This document shows, piece after piece, positions 30,510 through 41,258 of a stretch of DNA of 64,000 bases. The DNA is from Negativicutes bacterium. GTDB taxonomy: Bacteria; Bacillota; Negativicutes; UBA1444. The position numbers and the translations under genes are program-made. The stretch lies in NCBI GenBank assembly GCA_963665275.2, contig CAXXIN010000013.1, positions 1 to 64,000 of the forward strand. Reading direction: 5' to 3'. Numbering within the stretch: position 1 is the stretch's first letter; the number at the start of each line of letters is the position of its first letter. The notes below the pieces were generated by a model. The model was not told the origin of the DNA and did not search any database. It worked only from the letters and a program-made list of their open reading frames with translations.

Positions 30510-31286
30510 CTAAAGAGAAAAACTGACTGTGTCTGACGGATGCGTCAGGTGCAAAAACAAGTCCTGTTCCAGGCGCACTCCCTGTCGGTCAAGAACCTGC
30601 TGCACGGTCGACAGGGCCAGGTCGGGGCAATTGTTATGCTGACTTAGGTGCGCCAAAAAAACGTGCATCCCCGCTTTCTTGCCGATGCGAGCCAGGCAGC
30701 GGCCGGTGTCCAGATTGGATAAATGCCCGCGATTGCCCATGATGCGTTTTTTAAGGTAGTCTGGATACGGACCGTTACGAAGCATAGTCACGTCATGGTT
30801 CGACTCGAGCACCATCAGGTCGGCGTTGGCGATATCCTGCTCCACCCGCTCCGATACGCAGCCCATATCTGTTGCAACTACACACTTCATATCGCCGTGG
30901 CGGAACGAATAGCCCACAGGTTCTGCGGCATCGTGCGAGATCGCGAACGGTTCGACGAATACGCCGCCGATCTCCAGACGATTTCCCAGCTCACGCCGAA
31001 ACTCAGCCTCCACGTGATGCTTGGGCTGAAACGCGTCCCAGGTCCGCCGCCGCGTAAAAACCGGGACTTTAAACTTACGCGTGAAGACCGGCAACCCACT
31101 GACATGGTCGCTGTGCTCATGCGTAACCAGGATGGCGTCTAATTCGGAAGGATCCAGCCCAACCCCGCGCAGGCCTTTTTCAACGCGCCGGGCGGATATG
31201 CCGGCGTCCACGAGGAACCTCACGCCGCCGATTTCGAGGAAGACCGCATTGCCAGTGCTGCCACTGGCGAGAATATGTAATTGCAT
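30510..31286 (-). CDS. walJ: MBL-fold hydrolase YycJ/WalJ
   Basis: LASGSTGN, THEHSDH, ESNHD, GHLSN, AHLS; upstream of htrA-rlmH. Confidence 0.88.
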   Translation of the reverse strand: MQLHILASGSTGNAVFLEIGGVRFLVDAGISARRVEKGLRGVGLDPSELDAILVTHEHSDHVSGLPVFTRKFKVPVFTRRRTWDAFQPKHHVEAEFRRELGNRLEIGGVFVEPFAISHDAAEPVGYSFRHGDMKCVVATDMGCVSERVEQDIANADLMVLESNHDVTMLRNGPYPDYLKKRIMGNRGHLSNLDTGRCLARIGKKAGMHVFLAHLSQHNNCPDLALSTVQQVLDRQGVRLEQDLFLHLTHPSDTVSFSL

Positions 31287-31373
31287 ACTATATCGTTTCG
31301 TCCCATCTGTCACAGATTCCTGCCAACAATAAGAAAAGACCCGGTCGAGCCGGGTCCGATTCAACCACTATTG

Positions 31374-31802
31374 TTAGTGTTTGCCGCTTTGAGTCTGACA
31401 CGCGGGACAGACGCCGTAAAAATAAAATTGTTGTCCTTCCAGTCGATACTGGGTGCGGGCTTCAATTTCCCGCGATACCTTGGCGGCGTCGATGTCAAAC
31501 ACATCATCCACACGGCCGCATTGCGTACAGCGGACATGGGCATGATCCGACATATCCGCATCATAGCGGAAGCTGTCTTCGCCAGCGTTGAGAATCTGCA
31601 CCAAGCCGATTTCATTAAGGATATCGATAGTCTTGTAAACTGTGGCCAAGCTCATTGTAGGATAGGTCGCCTGCAAGCTGTTAAATATCATTTCCGCGTT
31701 CGGATGTTCCTTGGTATTCGCCAGCACTTCGTAAACCGCCAAGCGTTGGGGTGTCACCTTGAATCCGTTCCCGCGCAGTAATTCAGTTAAGTTCTTAACC
31801 AT
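31374..31802 (-). CDS. Fur-family regulator, PerR-like
   Basis: TPQR, EHPNAE, SLATVY, HAH, CxxC...CxxC. Confidence 0.88.
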   Translation of the reverse strand: MVKNLTELLRGNGFKVTPQRLAVYEVLANTKEHPNAEMIFNSLQATYPTMSLATVYKTIDILNEIGLVQILNAGEDSFRYDADMSDHAHVRCTQCGRVDDVFDIDAAKVSREIEARTQYRLEGQQFYFYGVCPACQTQSGKH

Positions 31803-31844
31803 ATCATGCTCCTTTGTGCAAAATGAGTTTGTCTTCAATTTTAG

Positions 31845-31862
31845 ATGAAAATCGATATTCAT
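31845..31862. promoter_or_regulatory. Near-palindromic candidate Fur/Per box
   Basis: ATGAAAATCGATATTCAT dyad about 45 bp upstream of the Fur-family gene. Confidence 0.4.
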
Positions 31863-31901
31863 TAATTGTTGATTCGATTGTATAATTTTCGATTCTGCCT
31901 G

Positions 31902-33233
31902 TCAATAGACCCTTTTCCACTCACCGGTACGGAAACGCTGCCATAAGACGACGCTGCGGACCAAGAAATCAAGAGCAGTAAGGATCCAGACACTAACGAT
32001 GTTCCAACCCAATACCTTCACAAACAGATATACCAACGGCATGCGGAAAACCCAGACCCCAAGAATGGTGACATACATCGGCCAGCGAGTATCTCCCGCG
32101 CCGCGCATCGCCCCCGCCAAAACATAGGTCAGGGCAATCGTCGGTTGCTCGAAGGCGGCGATCATGACGCAGTAAGTTCCCCAATAAATAACGTCTGGAT
32201 CCGTAATGAACAGGGCTGTCAGAGGTTCGGCAAATATCAGGAAAATTGCCGCCATGATGGTCATCGTGGTCACAGCCAACCAGCCGGTGACGCGTACGAG
32301 CCGCTCCGCCAAGCGGGAGCGGTTGCGTCCGAGCGACCGAGCCACCAGCGTCATCACGGCCACCGAAAAGCCGAATCCCGGCAAAAACGACAACGACTCC
32401 ACCTGCAGCGCGATCTGGTGAGCCGCGAACTGAACCGCGCCAACGCCGGTGAGCATGAAGGTAAACGTTATGCGCCCCCCTTGGAGAGCCGCCTGTTCCA
32501 TTGCCGCCGGCAGGCTGATACGCAATATTTTTTTGACCGAATCCACCCGCCACTCCAGCAGGTCCTGCCACCGCAGCGCGATCTGCGGATTCAGCTTCAA
32601 GACCGCCAAGGCTACCAAACCGCCCAATAGCTGCGCCAACCCCGTACTCCAGGCGACACCCATGACTCCGAGGCGCGGCAGTCCCACGCCAAAAATCAGC
32701 AGATAAGAAAGCACTAGGGCGACGAGGTTGCTGAACGTGCCGATAAAAAAAGCGGTACGCGTCTTGGCAAGCCCGCGAAGCACCGCATTGCCGATCGACA
32801 TCATCAAAAAAACCGGCGTGAATAAAAATAGGATCTCCAATAACCGCCCGGCAGTTTCAGCTACCGCCGGTTCCGCTCCGATGATCCGAAACAGGGGGCG
32901 TGCGCCAAAAAATCCGGCTGCGGCAACCAGACTGCCCAGCAGGGCTCCCAGAGAAAGCGCCTGGCCCGTTGTCCGCCGCACTTCCCCCCATTGACCGGCG
33001 CCGCTCTCGCGTCCGACAATTGCGGAAGCGCCGGTTCCAAAAGCCGAGACGACCATTGCGCTCGCCAGCTGTACCATCGTGGCAATGCCGACCGACGCCA
33101 GAGCGACGGCGCCCAACCTGCCCACCATCGCGGTCGTCAGTACCCCTGTCAGCATTACACCGGACATTTCCAGGATAACCGGCCAGGAAAGCCCCAACAC
33201 TCGTTGCATCATAATTTTGTCATATTTTTTCAT
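31902..33233 (-). CDS. MATE-family efflux transporter
   Basis: Twelve-TM pattern, MVGRLG, RGAGDT. Confidence 0.92.
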   Translation of the reverse strand: MKKYDKIMMQRVLGLSWPVILEMSGVMLTGVLTTAMVGRLGAVALASVGIATMVQLASAMVVSAFGTGASAIVGRESGAGQWGEVRRTTGQALSLGALLGSLVAAAGFFGARPLFRIIGAEPAVAETAGRLLEILFLFTPVFLMMSIGNAVLRGLAKTRTAFFIGTFSNLVALVLSYLLIFGVGLPRLGVMGVAWSTGLAQLLGGLVALAVLKLNPQIALRWQDLLEWRVDSVKKILRISLPAAMEQAALQGGRITFTFMLTGVGAVQFAAHQIALQVESLSFLPGFGFSVAVMTLVARSLGRNRSRLAERLVRVTGWLAVTTMTIMAAIFLIFAEPLTALFITDPDVIYWGTYCVMIAAFEQPTIALTYVLAGAMRGAGDTRWPMYVTILGVWVFRMPLVYLFVKVLGWNIVSVWILTALDFLVRSVVLWQRFRTGEWKRVY

Positions 33234-33336
33234 GATCTGCTGCTCCTGTACCGAATTCCAAGAAAATTACTGCATCTATTATACACCCTACGATTTTTCG
33301 AAAGGAAATCTGGCATCGACAGCGAAACAAACTGAT

Positions 33337-35478
33337 ATGGAAAAGAAATTATTGTTCGCTCTGGATATAGGAACCCGCAGCATCGTCGCACTGATCGGAG
33401 AAAAAACCGAGGCGGGAATCCGCGTGCTTGCCGCCGAACGCTACGAACACACGACCCGGGCCATGCTCGACGGTCAGATTCATGACGTGCCGGAAGTGGC
33501 CAAAGTGATCCGCAGCCTTAAATTGAAACTAGAAAAAGACTTCGGCCCGCTCCGGCAAGTCGCCATCGCGGCGGCCGGTCGTTCTCTTTCGACTCTCAAC
33601 GCCACTGCCGAATTGGATGTGCACAGCCGCGGTTACCTGACGCAACAGGAGGAGCGTACGCTGGAGCTGACGGCGATTCAGTCCGCCCAGAAACAGCTGG
33701 CCACCTCCCGGGTAGTCAACGATCCTGCCAGCTATTATTGCGTGGGACATAGCATCGTGAATTTCTCACTGGACGGAACCATTATGAAAACCCTGGTGGG
33801 ACAGCGCGGACACAACGCTTCGGTGGAGATCATCTCCACGTTCCTGCCCCGGCAGGTCATCGACTCCCTCCAAGCGGCCGTTCAAACTGCCGGTCTGGAG
33901 ATCGGCACCCTGACACTGGAGCCCATTGCCGCCATCAATGTCCTGATCCCGCCGACGATGCGTCATCTGAATCTGGTGCTGGTGGATGTCGGCGCCGGCA
34001 CTTCAGACGTTGCCGTAACCCGGAACGGATCAGTCGTCGGCTACGGCATGGTTCCAATCGCCGGGGATGAGATTACCGAGGAACTATCGGGTCAGCATCT
34101 ACTCGATTTCAAAGTGGCGGAAGTTCTGAAACGCCGCTTGAATCGCAACGTAAAACACGTAAACTATGTTGACATCCTGGGACTGAAGCACAGCGTCCCA
34201 CCAGATGAAATCATCCGCGGCATCACTCCGGCCGTAACTGATCTGGCGCAGGCCATCGCCGCCCAGATCATGCTGCTGAACAACGCCGTCCCGCAGGCGA
34301 TCCTGCTGGTTGGCGGAGGAGCGCTGACCCCCTTGCTGCCGGAAATTCTGGCCCAAGTTATGGAGATGCCCCGGGAACGGGTCGCGGTCCGACGGCCAGA
34401 TGCCATCGAAGATATCCAGGGCGTCAGCGCCGAATTTTGTACGCCGGACGCGGTAACTCCGCTGGGAATCCTCAAAATCGCCGGCGCCGAAACGCTGAAT
34501 TTTTTAAATGTCGTGCTGAATGGCCAGCCCCTGCGACTGTTTAATCTGGGCGGACTCACTGTCGGCGATGCTCTATTGGCCGCCGGCATCGACGCTCGTA
34601 GCTTGGCCGGGCGACCCGGTCTGGGCATCACACTCAACATCAACGGGCAGCGCCTCTTCCTTCCCGGATCACACGGTCAACCAGGCCAGTTGACTACGAA
34701 TGAAAAGCCCGCCAATTTCAGTGACCCGGTCGCCGAAGGCGACGTCATCCTCGTCGAAAAGGGAGTGGACGGGCAAAGCCCTCAACCCTCTCTGGCAGCT
34801 CTGGCAGACTTGCCTGCGCCGTTCACTATGATACTGGAAGGAATTCAGCGCCAGGTCTCCCCCCTGATCTTCATTAATGAAAAGCCTGCATCCGCAGCCG
34901 AGAAGCTTCAGGACCGCGACACAGTCCTCTGGAGTCCGGCGGATACCGTAGAACGGGTTTTCCGTTCTGCCCAGATCCCGCTGGAACCACAACGTTTCAC
35001 TTATATCATCAACAACACGGAGCGGGTTCACTCAGTCTGGCCGGGTTTTTCCGTCAATGGCCGGTCGGCCGCAGCGGGATCGGCCATTTCGGCGGATGAT
35101 GACCTGCGCCTGGTTTCCCCCGCCCCTCCTTCAGTCAGTGATGTCATCGGCTTCCGCCAGGAAGATGTCGAACCGATTGAGGTCTTCTTCAACGGCGTTT
35201 CCTGTGCCGTTCCCACACGTCGCTTCAGTCTGAGCCTTAATGGCGCCGAAGCCGGTCTGGCGGATACGGCGCCGGACAACAGCGTCATCGAGTTTGTCCT
35301 ATCGCCCCCAACGCAGCCGACACTGGCCGATGTCCTGCTCGCCGCCGAATTCAATCCTGGCGAAGTGCCGACAACCAGCGGACTCACTGTAGTCGTCAAC
35401 AGTAAAGTGACCGAATATACGGCCTGCGTCAAAAACGGGGACCGAATCGATATCGTAACGCGGAATCCACAGCGATAA
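33337..35478 (+). CDS. FtsA-like actin-fold ATPase with C-terminal ThiS/MoaD-like repeats
   Basis: ALDIGT, LEPIAA, VDVGAGTSD, AGDEIT, VGGG; repeated xN(G)...GDxIxI units. Confidence 0.85.
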   Translation: MEKKLLFALDIGTRSIVALIGEKTEAGIRVLAAERYEHTTRAMLDGQIHDVPEVAKVIRSLKLKLEKDFGPLRQVAIAAAGRSLSTLNATAELDVHSRGYLTQQEERTLELTAIQSAQKQLATSRVVNDPASYYCVGHSIVNFSLDGTIMKTLVGQRGHNASVEIISTFLPRQVIDSLQAAVQTAGLEIGTLTLEPIAAINVLIPPTMRHLNLVLVDVGAGTSDVAVTRNGSVVGYGMVPIAGDEITEELSGQHLLDFKVAEVLKRRLNRNVKHVNYVDILGLKHSVPPDEIIRGITPAVTDLAQAIAAQIMLLNNAVPQAILLVGGGALTPLLPEILAQVMEMPRERVAVRRPDAIEDIQGVSAEFCTPDAVTPLGILKIAGAETLNFLNVVLNGQPLRLFNLGGLTVGDALLAAGIDARSLAGRPGLGITLNINGQRLFLPGSHGQPGQLTTNEKPANFSDPVAEGDVILVEKGVDGQSPQPSLAALADLPAPFTMILEGIQRQVSPLIFINEKPASAAEKLQDRDTVLWSPADTVERVFRSAQIPLEPQRFTYIINNTERVHSVWPGFSVNGRSAAAGSAISADDDLRLVSPAPPSVSDVIGFRQEDVEPIEVFFNGVSCAVPTRRFSLSLNGAEAGLADTAPDNSVIEFVLSPPTQPTLADVLLAAEFNPGEVPTTSGLTVVVNSKVTEYTACVKNGDRIDIVTRNPQR

Positions 35479-35483
35479 TCCAT

Positions 35484-35608
35484 AAAAAAAAGCAGACCTT
35501 TTATTGGCCTGCTTTTTTCGCCCGGTAATCCGGGTCAGGTTGCAGCGATGACAATGGGAGGCCAAGCGCAGGGTCTTCCCGAAAATCATGATCGCATGCA
35601 CCCTATCT
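35484..35608 (-). ncRNA. Candidate small RNA
   Basis: Extended -10 TGnTATAAT at 35623-35615; three hairpins; terminator with U8; no convincing ORF. Confidence 0.5.
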
Positions 35609-35776
35609 GAAGATATTATAACACATAGCATTTTAATTTTGTAAATCGATTGCAAATAATTGTTTTTTCTTATCTATTATGTAACGCCCAGCAAGTGATT
35701 TGTCGCAAATCAGAAAGCGTGCACTTTTTTTCTTGAGTAATCAGTCTACTGCGTGAATGTCGATGGAGGATAGCCA

Positions 35777-38377
35777 ATGCCGGATCAAACCCCTGGAAAC
35801 AGACTGGGCAAATTGCTACGGACACAATCCCCTGTATTCTTTTTACTGCTGCTGGCTTTCTGTCTGACGATAGTCGGAGCTGCCTGGTATGAAGCGAATA
35901 CCCGCATCGATCGTGAATATCGTATCGAAATGGATGCCGTGTACCTGGAAGGCAGCAACTTGGCACGGTCTTTTGAAGATCACGTCCAACGCTCCCTTCG
36001 CGAAGTGGATGACACTCTTCTATCGCTCAAATTTAGTTACGAATCTCTAAATCAAATTTCCCGGCAGCAAATAACCCCGGATATCGTAGACTATATGCAG
36101 AAACGGCGCAATCTCCTGCTCGAACGGGTCTTCCTGCTCGACGTCGACGGCAATGTCCTGGCGGGAACGACCGCATTGACGCAGATCTCTGATGCCACAT
36201 TCAGAGAATTATACGACGCTTATGCAAAATCCAGCAATAGCCAGCTTTTTATCGGCAAACCGATTTACAACCATTCATTGGAGCGGTGGGCGCTCCCGGT
36301 TGGACGACGCCTGAACCATGCGGATGGCTCTTTCGCCGGCCTGGCCTGCGCGTTGCTCAACCCCTATTATTTTTCCGACTATTATCGGCAGATGGTTCTC
36401 GGGCATGACAAACAAGTTGCACTGATCGGCCACGACGGCATCGTGCGCGCCTGGCAGCACACGACTCGGGACAACGTCGGGAACGACCTCAGCGCCAACC
36501 CCGTCTTTCCTCCATGGGAAAAAGCTCCGTTAGGCCAGTTTGAAGCAACTGACCCCCAGGATGGGTTGCATCGTTTCTATATCTATCGTTCCTTGCTTGA
36601 ATTCCCCCTGATCGTCTCGGTCGGCATATCATCCGAAGACGCGTTGGCTAATTTCGATGAACGCCGGAGGTCATATTATACGGATGCGCGTATCTTCACC
36701 TTCTTTGTTGCTGGCTTCTTCTGTCTCTTCCTGTTTCAATTGCACCGAAAAAACTGCGCAGCTCAGGATCTGGAGAGGCGCAACAAGTTGCTGTCTTCCC
36801 TGCATGAGACTTCACTTGGAATCATGAACCGCCGGGACGTCGTTGATTTGCTCGAGGCTATCATCAACAAGGCCTGTGAAATCACCGGAGCTTCGACCGG
36901 CAGTGTCCTCCTGTTCAACGAGGAACGTACCGAGCGGGTCCGTGTGGTCGCAACCGGTCCAGCCAAGGAACTGCTAGGGTCCCGTCACGCCATCGACGAA
37001 GGCGCGGCCGGCCAGGTTTGGAAAACAGGCCATACCGTCCTGATCAACGACTATAAGAACTGGGAGCACCGCGTGTCTGCCGCGGCCAGTCTGGCGGAAG
37101 CCGTCGCCTACTTTCCCCTGAAAAGCACCGGAGAAATCGTTGGGATCATCGGCTTGTGGCATACGGAGCCGGGGCGTCGTTTTCTGGAAAGTGACATGGC
37201 AATGCTGGACCAGATCGCCAATCTGGCCTCCATCGCTTACGAGAATGCGTTCCTCTACCGCGAAGCGCAACGTGAAATCACCGACCGCAGACAAACGGAG
37301 GAACTGCTGCTGTTTCAAAACTTTCACGACTCCTTGACCAGTCTTTACAACCGCGCATATTTTGAGGAAGAACTCCAACGCATGGACAAGAGGCTTAGCG
37401 GCTCGGTCGGTTTGATTATGCTGGATCTGGACGGACTGAAATTAATCAACGATACCCTGGGACATGATCAAGGCGATGTTCTCCTGGCCTGTGCCGCCCG
37501 TATTCTATCTGTCAGTTTTCGCAGCGCTGATGTCGTGGCCCGGATTGGCGGTGATGAATTCGCCGTTTTGCTGAACCCGGCGGATGACGCAACCATGCAG
37601 GCGGCTTGCATCCGGGTTCGCCAAAAAATCGAGGAGTTCAACTCCAGGCAAAAACAAGCCCCCATCAGCCTCTCGATCGGCTATGCCGTTGCGGATGATC
37701 CTGCCGTCCCGATGCGTGAACTATTCCAACGAGCGGACAACAACATGTACCGTGAGAAATTGCATCGACGACAAAGCACCCGCAGCGCCATCGTCCAGAC
37801 GGTGATGAAACTGCTTGAGGCGCGCGACTATATCACCGAAGGGCATGCAGACCGCCTGCAGGCCATCGTAGCCAGGATGGGAACCGATCTGTTTTTTTCA
37901 GCGGAAAAATTATCGGATATGCGACTGCTGGCCCAATTCCATGATATCGGCAAAGTCGGCATCCCTGACAGCATCCTGTTGAAGCCGGGCCCGCTGACCA
38001 CTGGAGAAAAAACCGAGATGCAGCGCCATTCCGAGATCGGTCACCGTATAGCCCAGTCAGCGCCTGATCTCATCCCGATCGCGGACTGGGTGCTGAAACA
38101 CCACGAGTGGTGGGATGGCAACGGCTACCCGCTGGGTCTGTCCGGCGAAGAGATTCCTCTGGAAAGCAGGATATTGGCGATTGCGGATGCTTATGACGCC
38201 ATGACCAGTGATCGGCCTTACCGACAAGCTCTCTCACATACCGTAGCCTTGGCTGAAATCCGCAAGTGCGCCGGTACGCAGTTTGATCCCGAGTTGGTGA
38301 ACAAATTCATCATGCTCTATGAAAAAACCGGCCCCGACAAAGATTCCGGTGAAACCGATACGAAAGGAGAAGCATAA
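35777..38377 (+). CDS. Membrane Cache-GAF-GGDEF-HD-GYP signalling protein
   Basis: TM-Cache-TM, GAF, GGDEF with RxxD, FHDIGK, HHEWWDGNGYP. Confidence 0.92.
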   Translation: MPDQTPGNRLGKLLRTQSPVFFLLLLAFCLTIVGAAWYEANTRIDREYRIEMDAVYLEGSNLARSFEDHVQRSLREVDDTLLSLKFSYESLNQISRQQITPDIVDYMQKRRNLLLERVFLLDVDGNVLAGTTALTQISDATFRELYDAYAKSSNSQLFIGKPIYNHSLERWALPVGRRLNHADGSFAGLACALLNPYYFSDYYRQMVLGHDKQVALIGHDGIVRAWQHTTRDNVGNDLSANPVFPPWEKAPLGQFEATDPQDGLHRFYIYRSLLEFPLIVSVGISSEDALANFDERRRSYYTDARIFTFFVAGFFCLFLFQLHRKNCAAQDLERRNKLLSSLHETSLGIMNRRDVVDLLEAIINKACEITGASTGSVLLFNEERTERVRVVATGPAKELLGSRHAIDEGAAGQVWKTGHTVLINDYKNWEHRVSAAASLAEAVAYFPLKSTGEIVGIIGLWHTEPGRRFLESDMAMLDQIANLASIAYENAFLYREAQREITDRRQTEELLLFQNFHDSLTSLYNRAYFEEELQRMDKRLSGSVGLIMLDLDGLKLINDTLGHDQGDVLLACAARILSVSFRSADVVARIGGDEFAVLLNPADDATMQAACIRVRQKIEEFNSRQKQAPISLSIGYAVADDPAVPMRELFQRADNNMYREKLHRRQSTRSAIVQTVMKLLEARDYITEGHADRLQAIVARMGTDLFFSAEKLSDMRLLAQFHDIGKVGIPDSILLKPGPLTTGEKTEMQRHSEIGHRIAQSAPDLIPIADWVLKHHEWWDGNGYPLGLSGEEIPLESRILAIADAYDAMTSDRPYRQALSHTVALAEIRKCAGTQFDPELVNKFIMLYEKTGPDKDSGETDTKGEA

Positions 38378-39126
38378 TGTTGCAGCAAGCCCAGCCTCAT
38401 AAAATCGCCCTTGTAACCGGTGGAGGCACGGGAATCGGTCGCGCCGTTTCCCTCGCCCTGGCAGCTCTGTCGATAGATGTAGCCGTAAACTATTCCCATT
38501 CGGAAGCAGAAGCCCGAGCTACCGTCAAAGATATCGAAGCCTGTGGCGCCCGCGGCTGGATCGTGCGCGCCGATGTCGCAGACGATGCGGCGGTCCGCGA
38601 GATGGTGCAGGCGGTCATCGGGCATTTCGGCCGTCTTGACTATCTGGTGAATTGCGCCGGCAAAACTGTTTATGTGGACATGGATGATCTGGAAGGACTC
38701 AAGTCCGAATACTGGGATCAGATCATGGATGTCAACGTCAAGGGTCTGTTCTCTGTCTGCCGGGCAGCAGCACCTCATCTGAAAGCTACCCAAGGCAGCA
38801 TCGTGAATATCACTTCCGTCGGCGGCATCACCGGCATGGGCAGTTCCATTGCCTACGCAGCTTCCAAGGCCGCCGCCATCAGCGTGACCAAATCCCTGGC
38901 GCGGGTATTGGCGCCGGAAGTCAGGGTCAACAGCGTCGCCCCGGGGATCGTCCTGACTCGCTGGGTGGATGGACGGGAAGAACATGTGAGAAAGCTTGGC
39001 GAACACACGCCGCTTGGACGCTGCTGTAGAGCGGAAGATGTGGCGGATGTCGTCGTTCCCCTGTTAGTCTCAGCTTCGATGATGACGGGGCAGACGGTCG
39101 TCGTCGACGGCGGCGCGTTTATGTAA
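38377..39126 (+). CDS. SDR-family oxidoreductase
   Basis: TGGGTGIG, NCAG, YAASK. Confidence 0.92.
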   Translation: MLQQAQPHKIALVTGGGTGIGRAVSLALAALSIDVAVNYSHSEAEARATVKDIEACGARGWIVRADVADDAAVREMVQAVIGHFGRLDYLVNCAGKTVYVDMDDLEGLKSEYWDQIMDVNVKGLFSVCRAAAPHLKATQGSIVNITSVGGITGMGSSIAYAASKAAAISVTKSLARVLAPEVRVNSVAPGIVLTRWVDGREEHVRKLGEHTPLGRCCRAEDVADVVVPLLVSASMMTGQTVVVDGGAFM

Positions 39127-39142
39127 AAACCGTCGTAAAAAG

Positions 39143-39185
39143 AAAGCGCGGCATTGACATATAAATTGTCGATGCCGCGCTTTTT
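39143..39185. terminator. Bidirectional terminator
   Basis: AAAGCGCGGCATTGACA...TGTCGATGCCGCGCTTT. Confidence 0.75.
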
Positions 39186-39199
39186 ACTTACGCTAAATC

Positions 39200-40558
39200 T
39201 CAAATTTTCGGGAGGCAGGTCAGACTGTCAGCTAGGTCTTGCTCCGCACAAGGCACATCGACCATTTTTCCGGCCAGATAGTTGTCGTAGGAGGCCAGAT
39301 CCAGCAGTCCATGACCAGACAGGTTAAACAATATCGTGCGGGATTTCCCCTCTTCACGGGCAGCCAGCGCTTCGTCTATCGCGCCCTTGATCGCATGAGA
39401 GGACTCGGGCGCGGGCAGAATTCCTTCCGACCGTGCGAACAAGACCGCAGCCTCGAAGACTTCTTTCTGATTATAGGATTTGGCTTCGATATGGCCGTGA
39501 TGATACAAAGCGCTCACTAGCGGCGAGTCTCCGTGATAACGCAGGCCGCCGGAATGAATACCCGCAGGCATGAAGGCATGCCCCAAGGTATACATTTTCA
39601 TGATGGGCGTCAATTTTGCCAAGTCACCGAAGTCATACGCGTAAACGCCGCGGGTCAGCGTTGGGCAAGCCGAAGGTTCCACCGCGACCGCCCTGACTTT
39701 ATTCCCCTTTAACCGATCCGCTACAAAAGGAAATGCCGCTCCCCCGAAGTTGCTTCCGCCGCCATTGCAAGCAACCACAACATCGGGATAGTCACCGGCC
39801 TTTTCCATTTGCGCTTTTGCTTCCAGCCCGATGATCGTCTGATGTAATATGACATGGTTCAGCACGCTGCCCAGTGCATAGTTGGTATCGCTGCGCCCTG
39901 CCGCATCTTCGACTGCTTCCGAAATGGCAATCGCCAGACTGCCGATAGAATCCGGATTCTGGGCCAACACAGCTCGCCCGGCCGCCGTACGATCCGAAGG
40001 ACTGGGAATGACCGAACCGTTGAAAACCTCCATGAAGGATCGGCGATACGGTTTTTGCTGATAACTGACCTTTACCATGTACACCATGCATTCCATGCCG
40101 AAATAGTTGCAGGCCATGCTGAGGGCGCAGCCCCATTGTCCGGCGCCGGTCTCGGTCGCCAGGCGCTTGATCCCCGCCTGTTTGTTGTAGTAGGCCTGAG
40201 CCAGGGCGGTATTCAGCTTGTGACTGCCGACCGGGCTGGCGCCTTCATATTTAAAATATATTTTCGCCGGCGTATCCAGCGCTTTTTCCAATTCATAAGC
40301 CCGAACCAGCGGAGACGGACGCCATAGCGTATATTTTTCACGTACTTCATCCGGAATCTCGATCCAGCGTTCCTTGCTCATTTCCTGTTCGATGAGAGCC
40401 ATCGGGAAAATCGGGGACAGATCGGCGGGTCCGACCGGTTGCAAGGTCCCGGGGTGCAACGGTGGATCCAGCGGTTCCAACAGGTCAGCCTGAATATTGT
40501 ACCAAGCCTGTGGCATTTCACTTTCACTCAAATGGATCTTGCGGATTCTCGACATCAC
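39200..40558 (-). CDS. trpB2: Tryptophan synthase beta chain type 2 (TrpB2)
   Basis: [46 protein letters not shown]. Confidence 0.93.
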   Translation of the reverse strand: MMSRIRKIHLSESEMPQAWYNIQADLLEPLDPPLHPGTLQPVGPADLSPIFPMALIEQEMSKERWIEIPDEVREKYTLWRPSPLVRAYELEKALDTPAKIYFKYEGASPVGSHKLNTALAQAYYNKQAGIKRLATETGAGQWGCALSMACNYFGMECMVYMVKVSYQQKPYRRSFMEVFNGSVIPSPSDRTAAGRAVLAQNPDSIGSLAIAISEAVEDAAGRSDTNYALGSVLNHVILHQTIIGLEAKAQMEKAGDYPDVVVACNGGGSNFGGAAFPFVADRLKGNKVRAVAVEPSACPTLTRGVYAYDFGDLAKLTPIMKMYTLGHAFMPAGIHSGGLRYHGDSPLVSALYHHGHIEAKSYNQKEVFEAAVLFARSEGILPAPESSHAIKGAIDEALAAREEGKSRTILFNLSGHGLLDLASYDNYLAGKMVDVPCAEQDLADSLTCLPKI

Positions 40559-40589
40559 TTCATCCCCCTCAATTTTTTATTCGAAAACA

Positions 40590-41258
40590 TTACCGGTATC
40601 GAATCACCACAGCGGTAACCGCGACAATCAGCGTGAGCACCAGGTAGTCCTGGCTGCGAAATGCGATCTGTTGGGTGAAAGTGCGTTTGGCACTGCCAAA
40701 TCCGCGCAGCTCCAAGCTCATTGCCATGGTTTCCGAACGGGTGATGGCCCTGAGCACCATTGGTTCCACCAATGCGGCATACGCTACGATGCGTTTCAGC
40801 GGGTTGCTGCTCTGCACATACCCACGGCAAATCTGTGCTTCCCGCACCGCGTGACTTTCCGCGATAAAGTCCGGCATAAAACGCAAAGCTGAGGTAAACA
40901 TAAAAGCATATTCATAAGGAATCTTCACCTGACTGACCAACGCCGCCGTCAGGTTGGGCAGTCGGGTCGTGCCCAACATCAATAGCACCGCCACCGTCAT
41001 AACCATCATTTTCAGGCCACTGGCCACAGCGATAGAAACTGCAACGTCAAAGGGCAGCTGAATGACGGAAAAAAACGCCGCCACCATCAACAAGCCAAAG
41101 AGTCCCTTCGCCAATTTGCGCAGTTGCCCGGCATAGGCAAGCAAAGCGATTTCAACGACCAACATGACTGCCAGCGGCGCTGGGTCCCAGATCAAAACGG
41201 TCCAGACCGATACGGCAATCGTCAGTAATAGATTACACAGAGGCGCCAGCGTCTTCAT
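40590..41258 (-). CDS. ecfT: ECF transporter T component
   Basis: ALRFMP, AQICRG, SLELRGF. Confidence 0.9.
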   Translation of the reverse strand: MKTLAPLCNLLLTIAVSVWTVLIWDPAPLAVMLVVEIALLAYAGQLRKLAKGLFGLLMVAAFFSVIQLPFDVAVSIAVASGLKMMVMTVAVLLMLGTTRLPNLTAALVSQVKIPYEYAFMFTSALRFMPDFIAESHAVREAQICRGYVQSSNPLKRIVAYAALVEPMVLRAITRSETMAMSLELRGFGSAKRTFTQQIAFRSQDYLVLTLIVAVTAVVIRYR

